The notes under the pieces were generated by a model. That model saw only the letters and a list, made by a program, of their open reading frames with translations. It was not told the origin of the DNA and did no database searches. From Micromonosporaceae bacterium (GTDB taxonomy: Bacteria > Actinomycetota > Actinomycetes > Mycobacteriales > Micromonosporaceae): DNA of 64,000 nt. Position 1 is the first letter of the stretch; the number at the start of each line of letters is the position of its first letter. The stretch lies in the NCBI GenBank assembly GCA_040255525.1, contig JBDZVD010000024.1:1722-65721 (forward strand), in the 5' to 3' direction. Below, piece after piece: positions 48,288 to 57,214 of this stretch. Both the position numbers and the translations under genes were made by a program.

Positions 48288-48764
48288 CTACCTGGCGGCC
48301 GGCCGGGTGCGCTTGGCCGGCTTGGTCGTGGCCTGCGGTTCGGCACCGTCGCCGGCGGTCGCGCCGCCCTTGGCCTCGTTCCCGGCGCCGGTGGTGTCCT
48401 GCGCGGCCGGCGCGGAGACCGCGGCCTCCGGCTCGATGCCGATGGTGGCGTGGATGACGCGGCGCCCGCGCACCACTTCCTCGCCCCGGGCGACCAGGTC
48501 GGTGTAGATGGCCTGGGCGCGCTCCTGGGCGGCCTGGGCGTTGGTCACCAAGGTGGCGACGTTGCGCTGGGCGGCGTCACGCAGCCGCTCGACGCGAGCG
48601 GCCGAGCCGCGCAGCCGCTCGACGTCGAGGTCAATGCCCGACATCCGGTCGCGCAGCTCGCTGACCGTGGTGGGCAGCTTGCGCAGCCGCTGGTAGGCCA
48701 TGTCGCCCACGGCGGCCGCGGCGTACAGCGGGGCGGGAATCTTGGTGTTGGTCTCGGCAGCCAT
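48288..48764 (-). CDS. HbhA-like (heparin-binding hemagglutinin family) coiled-coil protein
   Basis: PAPLYAAAAVGDMAYQRLRKLPTTV..., a coiled-coil middle, and a Lys/Ala/Pro-rich basic tail (TTKPAKRTRPAAR). ATGA overlap with the upstream XRE regulator. Confidence 0.65.
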   Translation of the reverse strand: MAAETNTKIPAPLYAAAAVGDMAYQRLRKLPTTVSELRDRMSGIDLDVERLRGSAARVERLRDAAQRNVATLVTNAQAAQERAQAIYTDLVARGEEVVRGRRVIHATIGIEPEAAVSAPAAQDTTGAGNEAKGGATAGDGAEPQATTKPAKRTRPAAR

Positions 48765-49402
48765 CAGATCTCCTCGGTCGTGGCGGCCAGTCCGGCCGCG
48801 TTCGTGGCTCGTGTCGGGCGTGCTCCGGGCACTGTGCGGGCCGGGTCGTCCTCCGCCCTGGCGACCGGGCCGGCAACCGGTTCCCCCGCCACGTCGGCGT
48901 CCGCGTCGTCGACGGCTGTCGGAGGCCGCCCATCGCCGTCCAGCAGGCTGGCGGCGTCGCCGGCATCCGGGGCGCCGGCCGGTGCCGGTGGCGTCCCGGT
49001 CCGGCGGGCGTGCTCGGCCTCTCGGGCGTTCTCCCGGCGGAACGTCTCGTAGATCTGGATGAGCGACTGCTTCTGAGCCGCGGTCAGATCGGGGTCGGCC
49101 GCGATCGCCTCGAGGACCTCGTGGCCTTCCTTGCCGTCGAGTAGGCCGGCACGCAGGTACATCAGGGGCGTAGAGACCCGCAGCGCGCTGGCGAGCTGTT
49201 GCAGCACCTCGGCGCTCGGGCGGCGCAGGCCGCGTTCGATCTGGCTGAGGTACGGATTGCTGACCCCGGCCTGGTCGGCGAGCTGGCGAAGCGAGATCCG
49301 CGCGTTGCGGCGCAGGTCACGGATGAACCCGCCGATGTCGCGTGGCAGGTCCTTGGGCGTTGACATGTGCCCAACGGTACGTCGGCGCGCTTGCATCAGC
49401 AA
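48764..49402 (-). CDS. XRE-family helix-turn-helix transcriptional regulator (Rv0474-like)
   Basis: IRDLRRNARISLRQLADQAGVSNPYLSQIERGLRRPSAEVLQQLASAL. An alternative ATG is at 49366. Confidence 0.8.
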   Translation of the reverse strand: MLMQARRRTVGHMSTPKDLPRDIGGFIRDLRRNARISLRQLADQAGVSNPYLSQIERGLRRPSAEVLQQLASALRVSTPLMYLRAGLLDGKEGHEVLEAIAADPDLTAAQKQSLIQIYETFRRENAREAEHARRTGTPPAPAGAPDAGDAASLLDGDGRPPTAVDDADADVAGEPVAGPVARAEDDPARTVPGARPTRATNAAGLAATTEEI

Positions 49403-49448
49403 GCAAAGTGCTAACGCTTGCTAGCGTGAGTCGCACCACTCCCGCGGT

Positions 49449-50456
49449 TCACCAGATCGCCCGCACGGTGCCCACCGGCTCCCCCCGCCCAAGCTGGACG
49501 ACGCCGTCGGCGCCGGCGGCCAGCTCGGCCAGGACCGGGGCGTCCACACCCAGCCGGCGCAGCGCGCTGGCCAGGACCGGGTACCGGGCACGCCGGTTGC
49601 CGTCATCGATCTTCATGGCCACCGCCCCGGCTCCCGGTACGGCGACCGCCAGGACGCCCTCGGCACCGCCCTTGGCGAGGATGCCCGGTACTGCGCGCAT
49701 CAACCGGGCGTCGTCCGCGCCGGTTCCGGAGACCAGTTCCGGGTGCGCTCGCATGGCGTCCGCCACGGCCCGCTCCGGAGTGCCCGGCTCGGCGCCCACC
49801 ACCCGCAGGAACCCGGTCGCCAGCGCGTACAGCGAGATGGCCAGTACCGGCGCACCGCACCCGTCCACGCCCACCGCCGCCACGCACTCGCCGACGAGCT
49901 CCTCCAGCACCGTCCGCAGGTGCTTCTGCAGCGGGTGGTCGGGCCGGTGGTAGTCCTCGGTCGGCCAGCCGGCCGCCACGCAGGTCAGCAGCATCCCGGT
50001 GTGCTTGCCGGAGCAGTTCATGTAGATCCGGGCCCGGTCCCCGCCGGCCAGGAGCACGTCCCGGCGCGCGGGCTCGGACAGCGGCAGGTCGGGCGGGCAG
50101 GCCAGCGCCTGCTCGGTCAGGCCGGCGCCGCGCAGCATCGACCGGACGAGGTCGATGTGCATCGGCTCGCCGTGGTGGCTCGCCGCGGCGAGCGCCAGCG
50201 CGGCCGGCTCGGCCAGGGCCAGCCCGGCCCGGAGCATCCCGGTGGCCTGGAACGGCTTGTTCGACGAACGCGGGAAGACCGGCCCGGTCACGTCGCCGGC
50301 GGCGGCGACCGCCTCACCGGTGGCGGACAGGACCACGACCGAACCCCGGTGGTACCCCTCGACGAACCCGGACCGGGTCACCTCGGCGAGCAGCTCGCCC
50401 CCGGCGTACCCGCCGGCCGTCACGGACCGCTCTCCGGTCGCGGGACGCTCAACCAC
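49449..50456 (-). CDS. asparaginase (Asparaginase_II family)
   Basis: GYHRGSVVVL, RSSNKPFQA, ASHHGE, CSGKHTGML: family-typical motifs. Confidence 0.75.
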   Translation of the reverse strand: MVERPATGERSVTAGGYAGGELLAEVTRSGFVEGYHRGSVVVLSATGEAVAAAGDVTGPVFPRSSNKPFQATGMLRAGLALAEPAALALAAASHHGEPMHIDLVRSMLRGAGLTEQALACPPDLPLSEPARRDVLLAGGDRARIYMNCSGKHTGMLLTCVAAGWPTEDYHRPDHPLQKHLRTVLEELVGECVAAVGVDGCGAPVLAISLYALATGFLRVVGAEPGTPERAVADAMRAHPELVSGTGADDARLMRAVPGILAKGGAEGVLAVAVPGAGAVAMKIDDGNRRARYPVLASALRRLGVDAPVLAELAAGADGVVQLGRGEPVGTVRAIW

Positions 50457-51279
50457 GGCGCTTCACCTCCAGCAGTGCGCGAGCCTCGCCGACGGGCATC
50501 GGCGGTCGCTGCGCCAGCCTGGCGAAGCCGACCGCGCGCGCGACCAGTTGCAGGTTCGATTCGACCGGCTGCCCCTTGGCGTAGCTGATCGTGTCCTCCA
50601 TGCCGACCCGCAGGTGACCGCCGGCGGACAGGGAGGCCAGCAGGACCGGGATCGTGGACCGGCCGATCCCGGTGGCGGAGAACGTCGCACCGTCCGGCAG
50701 GTCCCGCAGGCAGGAGACCAGCGCCTCGGCGGTGCCCGGCATCCCGCCCGGTACGCCCATCACGAGGTCGACGTGGACGTGCCCGCCGGCCGGCGGCCCG
50801 TACGTGTCGAGCAGGCGGCGCAGCGTCGTCAACTGGCCGAGGTCGAAGATCTCGTACTCCGGCACGATCCCGCGCTCCCGCATCCGGGTGTGCAGCTCGA
50901 CGATGAACTCCCAGCGGTTCATGAACACGCCGTCGCCGAAGTTGACCGTACCCATGGTGCAGGACGCCATGTCCGGCTCCGCGTCGAGTACGCGCAGCCG
51001 GTCGGCCTCCGGGTCGGTGACCGCGCCTCCGGTGGACAGCTGGATGATCAGGTCGGTCTGCTCCCGCAGGGCGGCGACCGTGTCCCGCAGCCGCCCGAGG
51101 TCCAGCGTGGGGCGGGCCTGGTCGTCGCGGATGTGGACGTGGATCACGGCCGCGCCGAGCGCCTCACACTCGCGCGCCGTGCTGACCAGCTCGTCGAGGG
51201 TCACCGGCAGCGCCGGGACATCGCTCTTGGCCGACTCGGCGCCGGTCGGCGCGATCGTGATCAACGTCGGTGTTGTCAT
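50449..51279 (-). CDS. 3-keto-5-aminohexanoate cleavage enzyme family (BKACE/DUF849) protein
   Basis: LITIAPTGAE...VPALPVTLDELV...GAAVIHVHIRD..., CTMGTVNFG, HLRVGMEDT. Confidence 0.8.
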   Translation of the reverse strand: MTTPTLITIAPTGAESAKSDVPALPVTLDELVSTARECEALGAAVIHVHIRDDQARPTLDLGRLRDTVAALREQTDLIIQLSTGGAVTDPEADRLRVLDAEPDMASCTMGTVNFGDGVFMNRWEFIVELHTRMRERGIVPEYEIFDLGQLTTLRRLLDTYGPPAGGHVHVDLVMGVPGGMPGTAEALVSCLRDLPDGATFSATGIGRSTIPVLLASLSAGGHLRVGMEDTISYAKGQPVESNLQLVARAVGFARLAQRPPMPVGEARALLEVKRRG

Positions 51280-51437
51280 GGTCGCGATCCTGCCACGGCC
51301 GCTGACCTGCCAGCCAATCCGGCATCTGCCATCTATTACCAGCCCAAGTCGCTGCGCCCGGGCAAGATCTTCTCCGGCGACACCGGCTGATCTGACCGGC
51401 CGGCATGACGCGGGCCGGCTCGGGTGGGCGGGCCCGC

Positions 51438-52505
51438 TCAGGGGACATCGATGGCCGCGGCCGAGACGCCGACCCGCAGCCGCGCGTCGTCAGCGACGTT
51501 GCGCTTCACCACGGCCAGCGCGATCATTCCCAGCTCGTGGTGGCGAACCGCGGTACCGACGAAACCGACCTCACGCCCCTCGGCGGTGGTCACCGCGGTG
51601 CCCGGGGCGGGCAGCTCGTCCGTGCTCACCCCGTCCAAATGCAGCAGGACCAGGCGGCGGGGCGGGCGGCCCAGGTTGTGCACCCGGGCGATCGTCTCCT
51701 GGCCCCGGTAGCAGCCCTTGTCCAGGTGCACCGCATCGGCGAGCCAGCCCACCTCCGCCGGGATCGTCCGGTGGTCGGTCTCCAGCCCGTACCGGGGCCG
51801 GCGGGCGGCCACCCGCAGTGCCTCGAACGCCCAGATCCCGGCCCGCGGCACGCCCAGCTCACCGGCGACGTCGGCCACCCGGGACCGCGGTACCAGCAGG
51901 TCGTACCCGTACCCCATCCGGCGTGCCCAGCCGCCGCCGGGCAGTGGCGCGGTCGAGTACACCGTGGTCGGGCGCGGCGCCACGTCGGCCGAGGCGAACT
52001 TCGCCCCCGGTACCGGCGCGACCCGGGGCGGGTCCAGCTCGATGCCCGGGATCCGCGCCTCCGGCCCGACCAGCGACAGCAGCGCCCAGTCGGCGGTGAC
52101 GTCGGCCGGTTCGACCCGCATCAGGAAGCGCATCCGGGTCAGGAAGTCCACCAGCGCCGGCGCGGCGCCCGGCTCGGTGTCCAGCCAGGCCGTGGCGCCG
52201 TCGTCGGTCAGCACCGCGTGGTGCTCCACGTGCCCGTGCGGGGACAGCACCAGCAGCTCGCTGCCCTCGCCCGGCCGCAGGTCGGTGAGGTGCTGGGTGG
52301 TCAGGCTGTGCAGCCAGCCCAGCCGGTCCTCGCCGGGGATCGCGATGATCCCCCGGTGCGACCGGTCGACCAGGCCCGCGGCGGACTCCAGCGTCCGCTG
52401 CTCCCGCACGGGGTCGCCGTAGTGCGCCACGGCGCCGCTGTCCGGCGAGCCCGGTTGGACAGCTTCGATCAGTACCTCAGGCATCCCCGCCTCCACATCC
52501 GGCAC
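51438..52505 (-). CDS. ygfZ: folate-binding YgfZ/CAF17 family protein (GcvT-like)
   Basis: GLVDRSHRGIIAIPGEDRLGWLHSLTTQ, and KGCYRGQETIARVHNLGRPPRRLV (the KGCYxGQE motif). Confidence 0.8.
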   Translation of the reverse strand: MPDVEAGMPEVLIEAVQPGSPDSGAVAHYGDPVREQRTLESAAGLVDRSHRGIIAIPGEDRLGWLHSLTTQHLTDLRPGEGSELLVLSPHGHVEHHAVLTDDGATAWLDTEPGAAPALVDFLTRMRFLMRVEPADVTADWALLSLVGPEARIPGIELDPPRVAPVPGAKFASADVAPRPTTVYSTAPLPGGGWARRMGYGYDLLVPRSRVADVAGELGVPRAGIWAFEALRVAARRPRYGLETDHRTIPAEVGWLADAVHLDKGCYRGQETIARVHNLGRPPRRLVLLHLDGVSTDELPAPGTAVTTAEGREVGFVGTAVRHHELGMIALAVVKRNVADDARLRVGVSAAAIDVP

Positions 52506-52902
52506 ACAACCCGAACAGCGCGATATGGCCGATATCGATCAGGAAGCCGTGCTCGCGCGTCAGCGTGTCGGCGAGCGGGCCGAGCACGCCCGAGGACACC
52601 TCGACGATCGCTGCGCAGCGCCGGCACACCAGGTGGACGTGCTGCGCCTCACCCACCGCGTGATAGGTCGGCGCCCCGTGGGAGAGGTGCGCGTGGGTCA
52701 CCAGACCCAGCTCCTCCAGCAGTTCCAGGGCGCGGTACACGGTGGTGATGTTCACTCCGGCGGCGGTCTCGGCGACCCGCGCGTGCACCTGGTCCGGAGT
52801 GGCGTGACCGAGCGCGTGCACTGCCTCCAGCACCAGTTGCCGCTGGGCGGTCAACCGCAGACCACGGGAGCGCAGTACCTCCGCCAGCGGCGATTTCGAC
52901 AC
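52477..52902 (-). CDS. Fur-family transcriptional regulator
   Basis: LRLTAQRQLVLEAV, ITTVYRALELLEELGLV, HVHLVCRRC...CAGC metal-site cysteines. Confidence 0.85.
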   Translation of the reverse strand: MSKSPLAEVLRSRGLRLTAQRQLVLEAVHALGHATPDQVHARVAETAAGVNITTVYRALELLEELGLVTHAHLSHGAPTYHAVGEAQHVHLVCRRCAAIVEVSSGVLGPLADTLTREHGFLIDIGHIALFGLCAGCGGGDA

Positions 52903-52991
52903 GTTTCGAGAGTACTCGCGCCAGCGATCGTGACCGTGACCGGCGGGGCGCCGCGCGCGGCCGGCGGCGCCCCTGCGGGTACGCTCCCGAT

Positions 52992-53831
52992 GTGCCGCAG
53001 CGAGTGGTTGCCGTGCTTGGTCGCGGCGTCGTACCAGCCCAGACTCCCATCCTCCGCGCCGATGACCTCGGTGTCCTGCGCGGCGACGGGATCTTCGAGA
53101 CCATGCACGTCCGCAGTCGCCGGGCCTGGCTGATCGGAGACCACCTGGACCGGATGAGCCGCTCCGCCGAGCTGGTCGACCTCGCCCTGCCGCCGCGCGA
53201 GGCGCTCCTCGACCTGGCCGGGCAGGCGCTGGCCGAGTGGCCGGACGACGTCGAGGGCGCGCTGCGGCTGGTGTGCACCCGCGGCGGCGAGGACGGCGGG
53301 CCGGTCACCGCGTTCGCGACGCTCGCTGCGGTCGGCGACGGCTCGCTGCGGGCCCGCCGGGAGGGTGTCGCGGTCGCGACCGCCTCGTTGGGCGTCGCCG
53401 CCGACGCGCGGCCGGCCGCGCCGTGGCTGCTCGGCGGGGCGAAGACGCTGTCGTACGCGGTGAACATGGCCAGCCAGCGATGGGCCGGCGGCCAGGGCGT
53501 GGACGACGTGCTGTGGGTCTCCAGCGACGGGTACGCGCTGGAGGCACCGACCTCGACCCTGGTCTGGCTGGCCGGCGGCACGCTGTGGACAGTGCCCGCG
53601 GCCTCGACCGGGATCCTCCCCGGGATCACCGCGCGCTGGCTCCTGGATCACGCCGGTGATCTGGGTTACTCGGCCGGCGAGCGGATGATCCGCCCGGCCG
53701 GCCTGACCGAGGTGGACGGCGCCTGGCTGGCCTCCTCGGTGCGCGGCCTGGCGGAGGTCCGCAGCCTCGACGGCAAGCCGCTCAACCAGGCCGCCGACAC
53801 CGCCCGCATGCTGGGCCTGCTCGGCTTCTGA
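52992..53831 (+). CDS. pabC: aminodeoxychorismate lyase / class IV aminotransferase
   Basis: LRGDGIFETMHV, AKTLSYAVN, GILPGITAR. From memory, syntenic with Rv0812. Confidence 0.75.
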   Translation: MPQRVVAVLGRGVVPAQTPILRADDLGVLRGDGIFETMHVRSRRAWLIGDHLDRMSRSAELVDLALPPREALLDLAGQALAEWPDDVEGALRLVCTRGGEDGGPVTAFATLAAVGDGSLRARREGVAVATASLGVAADARPAAPWLLGGAKTLSYAVNMASQRWAGGQGVDDVLWVSSDGYALEAPTSTLVWLAGGTLWTVPAASTGILPGITARWLLDHAGDLGYSAGERMIRPAGLTEVDGAWLASSVRGLAEVRSLDGKPLNQAADTARMLGLLGF

Positions 53832-53869
53832 CCGCTGACGCGCCGGTCCTTTGGGCCGCAGCCGGCGCG

Positions 53870-54457
53870 TCAGCCGCCGACCCGCAGGAGCCTCGCGGAC
53901 AGGTGCGCGGACATCGGCTGGCCCATCGCGGCCATCTCCTGCGCGTACAGCAGGGCGCCTTCGACGATGCCGTACAGCCGCTGGCCGGCGGTGACCTCCT
54001 TGGCCGAGACCGTACGCACGACCGCGTCGGTGACCAGCTCGACCTTGAGGTGATCCATCCGGCCGACGTACAGCTCCATGACCCCGGACGGGTTGTTCAG
54101 CAGCACCTCCAGCTCGTCGGTCGCCTTGCCATCCGCCATGACCGGCCGCCACCAGCCGCTCTCCCGGGCCGCCGGCCGGATCGGCGTGCCGTCGTCCTCG
54201 ATCAGCCAGGACCGCGACTCGTAGAACAGGAACGGCCGGCCGTCGTGGCTGAACCGGACCTCCTGGGCGTAATCGAAGTCCTCGACGGTGGGGTACCCGC
54301 CCCGGCCCCGGCCCCGCCAGACGCCGATGAACGGCAGCAACCCGAGCAGCGCGGGGTGCAGATCCGGCCCGGTACGCAGGTCGTGAGTCTCCTCGTACGG
54401 ATACTCCGGAACCGGCGGGGCGTTCAACCACGGCGGCGGTGTCAGGCTGTCAGTCAC
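53870..54457 (-). CDS. FABP-family / nitrobindin-like beta-barrel protein (Rv0813c-like)
   Basis: LLGLLPFIGVWRGRGRGGYPTVEDFDYAQEVRFSHDGRPFLFYESRSW.... The GTG at 54457 overlaps the upstream small ORF stop (GTGA). Confidence 0.7.
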   Translation of the reverse strand: MTDSLTPPPWLNAPPVPEYPYEETHDLRTGPDLHPALLGLLPFIGVWRGRGRGGYPTVEDFDYAQEVRFSHDGRPFLFYESRSWLIEDDGTPIRPAARESGWWRPVMADGKATDELEVLLNNPSGVMELYVGRMDHLKVELVTDAVVRTVSAKEVTAGQRLYGIVEGALLYAQEMAAMGQPMSAHLSARLLRVGG

Positions 54458-54585
54458 CAGCGTCCTCTCGAAACCCGTACAGCAAGGTAGACCAGCCCGC
54501 CGGCCAGCGCGCCAAAGCCGGCGACCAGGAGGCTGACAAAACCGATCTCGGTAACCACGGCCTCCGATCCTATGCTGGTCAGCAT
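54454..54585 (-). CDS. possible 43-aa single-TM protein
   Basis: MLTSIGSEAVVTEIGFVSLLVAGFGALAGGLVYLAVRVSRGRW. Its stop overlaps the start of the FABP-like gene. Support comes only from this coupling and the hydrophobic helix. Confidence 0.35.
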   Translation of the reverse strand: MLTSIGSEAVVTEIGFVSLLVAGFGALAGGLVYLAVRVSRGRW

Positions 54586-54946
54586 GGTCCGTTCTCTGGT
54601 CATCAAGGTGACTGCCGGCAGCGACGCCCCCGAACGCTGCTCGCAGGCGTTCACCGTGGCCGCGACCGCGGTCGCCGCCGGTGTCGACGTCTCGATCTGG
54701 CTCACCGGCGAGTCCGCCTGGTTCGCCCTGCCCGGACGGGCCGCGGAGTTCGAGCTGCCGCACTCCGCCCCGCTGCCCGACCTGCTGGAGGCCCTGCTGG
54801 CCGGTGGCCGGGTGACGCTCTGTACCCAGTGCGCGGCCCGGCGCTCGATCGGCCCGGAGGACGTGATCCCGCGGGTCCGCATCGCCGGCGCGGCGGTCTT
54901 CGTCGAGGAGATCACTGCCGAGGGCGCCCAGGCGCTGGTCTACTGA
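54584..54946 (+). CDS. DsrE/DsrF-like sulfur-relay family protein
   Basis: MVRSLVIKVTAGSDAPERCSQAFTVAATAVAAGVDVSIWLTGESAW...VTLCTQCAARR. An alternative ATG is at 54572. Confidence 0.65.
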   Translation: MVRSLVIKVTAGSDAPERCSQAFTVAATAVAAGVDVSIWLTGESAWFALPGRAAEFELPHSAPLPDLLEALLAGGRVTLCTQCAARRSIGPEDVIPRVRIAGAAVFVEEITAEGAQALVY

Positions 54947-54973
54947 CCGGGCGTTCGGTGACCGGGCGACAGG

Positions 54974-55849
54974 TCAGGACCGGCAGGCGCCGGTGGTGAG
55001 CGTCACGGTGAGCTGGTCGCCGTCGGTGCGGGCGAGCAGGCCGGTGACCTCCGCGTACACGTCGTCCCGGTCGACCACGGGCGGGTGCGCCGGCACGGCC
55101 AGGGCGTCGAGCGGCTGCCGGGCCACGCCGACCGCTTCAACGGTACGCACACCGCACGCGAGCCGGTGGATGGACCAGCGCGGGGAAGTGACGCCGAGCG
55201 CGTCGAGGATCCGCTGTACCGGAGCCCGGCCGGCGGCGGCCGGTACCCGAGTGGGGTCGGGCGCCGGCAGCTCGCCCCGGGGCCGGCAGCCGGTGGCCGC
55301 ACCGACCCGTACCAGGCCGGCGCGGTCCACCGAGCCGGTGATCTGGACGTAGTCGCCGGCATCGGCGCTCATCCGCTGCGCGGTGAGGCCGCCGGTCTTC
55401 GGGTGCGCGGCACTCGCCCGGTACGAGCGGGGCAGCCCAGCCACGATCCGGTCCAGGAGCGCCGACTCGGTACCCGGGGCGGTGGCCAGCCATGCCTCCC
55501 GGTCGTAGCGCACCCCCTGCCGTACCGGGGTGATCGCGCAGGTGGTCACCTCGTCGTACCCGGTGATCGCCGGCACCACCCCGGTACCGGCCGCGTTGAC
55601 CACCTGGCCGATCGCCCGGTCGACGGTCGGCTCCGCGCCGGCGGCGGTGGTCTGTTCCCGGACGGTCGGCCGGCCGTGCCACGCGTACCAGACCCCACCG
55701 GCCACCAGTACCAGCGCCCAGGCGCAGCACACCACGACCAGCACGCGGCGACGGCGCGGGTCGCCGGGCGGGGCCGGACGGGGTGGCTCGTACGGCACGT
55801 ACCTCGGCGGGTTGTCCACTGTCACGCGACCATCGTCCTCCCCCCGCAC
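54974..55849 (-). CDS. membrane-anchored hypothetical protein
   Basis: Pro-rich cytoplasmic N-terminus, one TM helix (VLVVVCCAWALVLVAGGVWYAW), then a ~220-aa extracytoplasmic domain. High GC3. No family recognised. Confidence 0.55.
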   Translation of the reverse strand: MRGEDDGRVTVDNPPRYVPYEPPRPAPPGDPRRRRVLVVVCCAWALVLVAGGVWYAWHGRPTVREQTTAAGAEPTVDRAIGQVVNAAGTGVVPAITGYDEVTTCAITPVRQGVRYDREAWLATAPGTESALLDRIVAGLPRSYRASAAHPKTGGLTAQRMSADAGDYVQITGSVDRAGLVRVGAATGCRPRGELPAPDPTRVPAAAGRAPVQRILDALGVTSPRWSIHRLACGVRTVEAVGVARQPLDALAVPAHPPVVDRDDVYAEVTGLLARTDGDQLTVTLTTGACRS

Positions 55850-55926
55850 ATCCTGCCCGCACGCGAAGGTGCCGGCGGCGCGCCGTGCGCGCCCCCGGCA
55901 CCTTCGCGATGCCGCTGCCTGGAGTT

Positions 55927-56241
55927 TCAGGCGGCGACCGAGAGAGCCACCTCGGTGACGCCCCGGCCCGCGTCGACCGTCGCGTCGCCGTTGCCCGCCC
56001 GGGACAGCGCCCGCAGGGTCCAGCTGCCCGGGGCGGCGAAGAACCGGAACTGGCCGGCCGCCGAGGTGACCACCTCGGCGGTGAACTCGCCGGACGCGTC
56101 GAGAAGCCGCACGTAGGCGCCGGACACCGGCTGGTCACCGGCGCGAACCACGCCGGTGATCACGGTCTCCTTCTCGACGTTGACGCTCGCCGGAAGCGGC
56201 GCGGACTGCTCCGGCGCCCCGCAGCCTGAGATGTCGGTCAT
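55927..56241 (-). CDS. DUF1416 protein (SseC-like)
   Basis: ITGVVRAGDQPVSGAYVRLLDASGEFTAEVVTSAAGQFRFFAAPGSWTLRAL. Lies immediately downstream of the rhodanese gene, as in the Rv0815c-Rv0814c pair (from memory). Confidence 0.75.
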   Translation of the reverse strand: MTDISGCGAPEQSAPLPASVNVEKETVITGVVRAGDQPVSGAYVRLLDASGEFTAEVVTSAAGQFRFFAAPGSWTLRALSRAGNGDATVDAGRGVTEVALSVAA

Positions 56242-56245
56242 GGTC

Positions 56246-57094
56246 TCACCCCTGCCCCGGCTCGTCGCCCAGAGCGACCGGCACACCCACCAGCGAGCCG
56301 TACTCGGTCCACGAGCCGTCGTAGTTCTTGACATTGCTGTGGCCGAGGAGTTCGCGCAGCACGAACCAGGTGTGCGAGGAGCGCTCGCCGATCCGGCAGT
56401 ACGCGATGGTGTCCTTGCTGTCGTCCAGGCCAGCGGCGCCGTAGATCTCGCGCAGCTCGTCGTCGGACTTGAAGGTGCCGTCCTCGTTGGCGGCCTTGCT
56501 CCACGGCACGTTGATCGCGGTCGGCACGTGCCCGGCCCGCTGCGCGTGCTCCTGCGGCAGGTGGGCGGGGGCCAGCAGCCGGCCGGCGTACTCGTCGGGC
56601 GAGCGGACGTCGACGAGGTTCTGCGCGCCGATGGCGGACACCACGTCGTCGCGGAACGCGCGCAGCGACAGGTCCTGCTCCTGCGCCACGTAGTTGGTCG
56701 CCGGGCGGTTGGTGCTCTCCTGGGTCAGGGACCGGTTGTCCAGCTCCCACTTCTTCCGGCCGCCGTCCAGCAGCCGGACGTCCCGGTGGCCGTACAGCTT
56801 GAAGTACCAGTACGCGTACGCGGCGAACCAGTTGTTATTGCCGCCGTACAGGACGACGATGTCGTCGTTGCCGATCCCGCGCGAGGACAGCAGGGCTTGG
56901 AACTGCTCGCGGTTGACGAAGTCCCGCCGGACCGGGTCCTGCAGGTCCAGACGCCAGTCGAGCTTGACGGCGCCGGGGATGTGACCTGTGTCGTAGGCGC
57001 TGGTGTCCTCGTCGACCTCGACGAAGACGACGCCCGCGGCGCCCAGGTTCTTCTCGGCCCAATCGGCGGAGACGAGTACGGAGTCGCGACTCAT
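56246..57094 (-). CDS. thiosulfate sulfurtransferase (tandem rhodanese, CysA/SseA-like)
   Basis: LVSADWAEKNL, YDTGHIPGAVKLDW, active-site loop IAYCRIGERSSHTWF, YDGSWTEYG. Confidence 0.9.
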   Translation of the reverse strand: MSRDSVLVSADWAEKNLGAAGVVFVEVDEDTSAYDTGHIPGAVKLDWRLDLQDPVRRDFVNREQFQALLSSRGIGNDDIVVLYGGNNNWFAAYAYWYFKLYGHRDVRLLDGGRKKWELDNRSLTQESTNRPATNYVAQEQDLSLRAFRDDVVSAIGAQNLVDVRSPDEYAGRLLAPAHLPQEHAQRAGHVPTAINVPWSKAANEDGTFKSDDELREIYGAAGLDDSKDTIAYCRIGERSSHTWFVLRELLGHSNVKNYDGSWTEYGSLVGVPVALGDEPGQG

Positions 57095-57214
57095 AGCTAC
57101 CTCTCGAAGATGGTGAACGGGTCGCGATCATGCACGCCGCGACCCAGGGGCGATCGATGGGTACGTCGGACGGCGCCGCTGCCGGCTAACAGGCTGGAGA
57201 GAACGGCCGCCGTG

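Noticed and set aside
52851-54431. 526-aa minus-strand ORF antisense to pabC.
   Set aside because: It has a junk composition. The plus strand (pabC) and the minus FABP-like gene explain this DNA.
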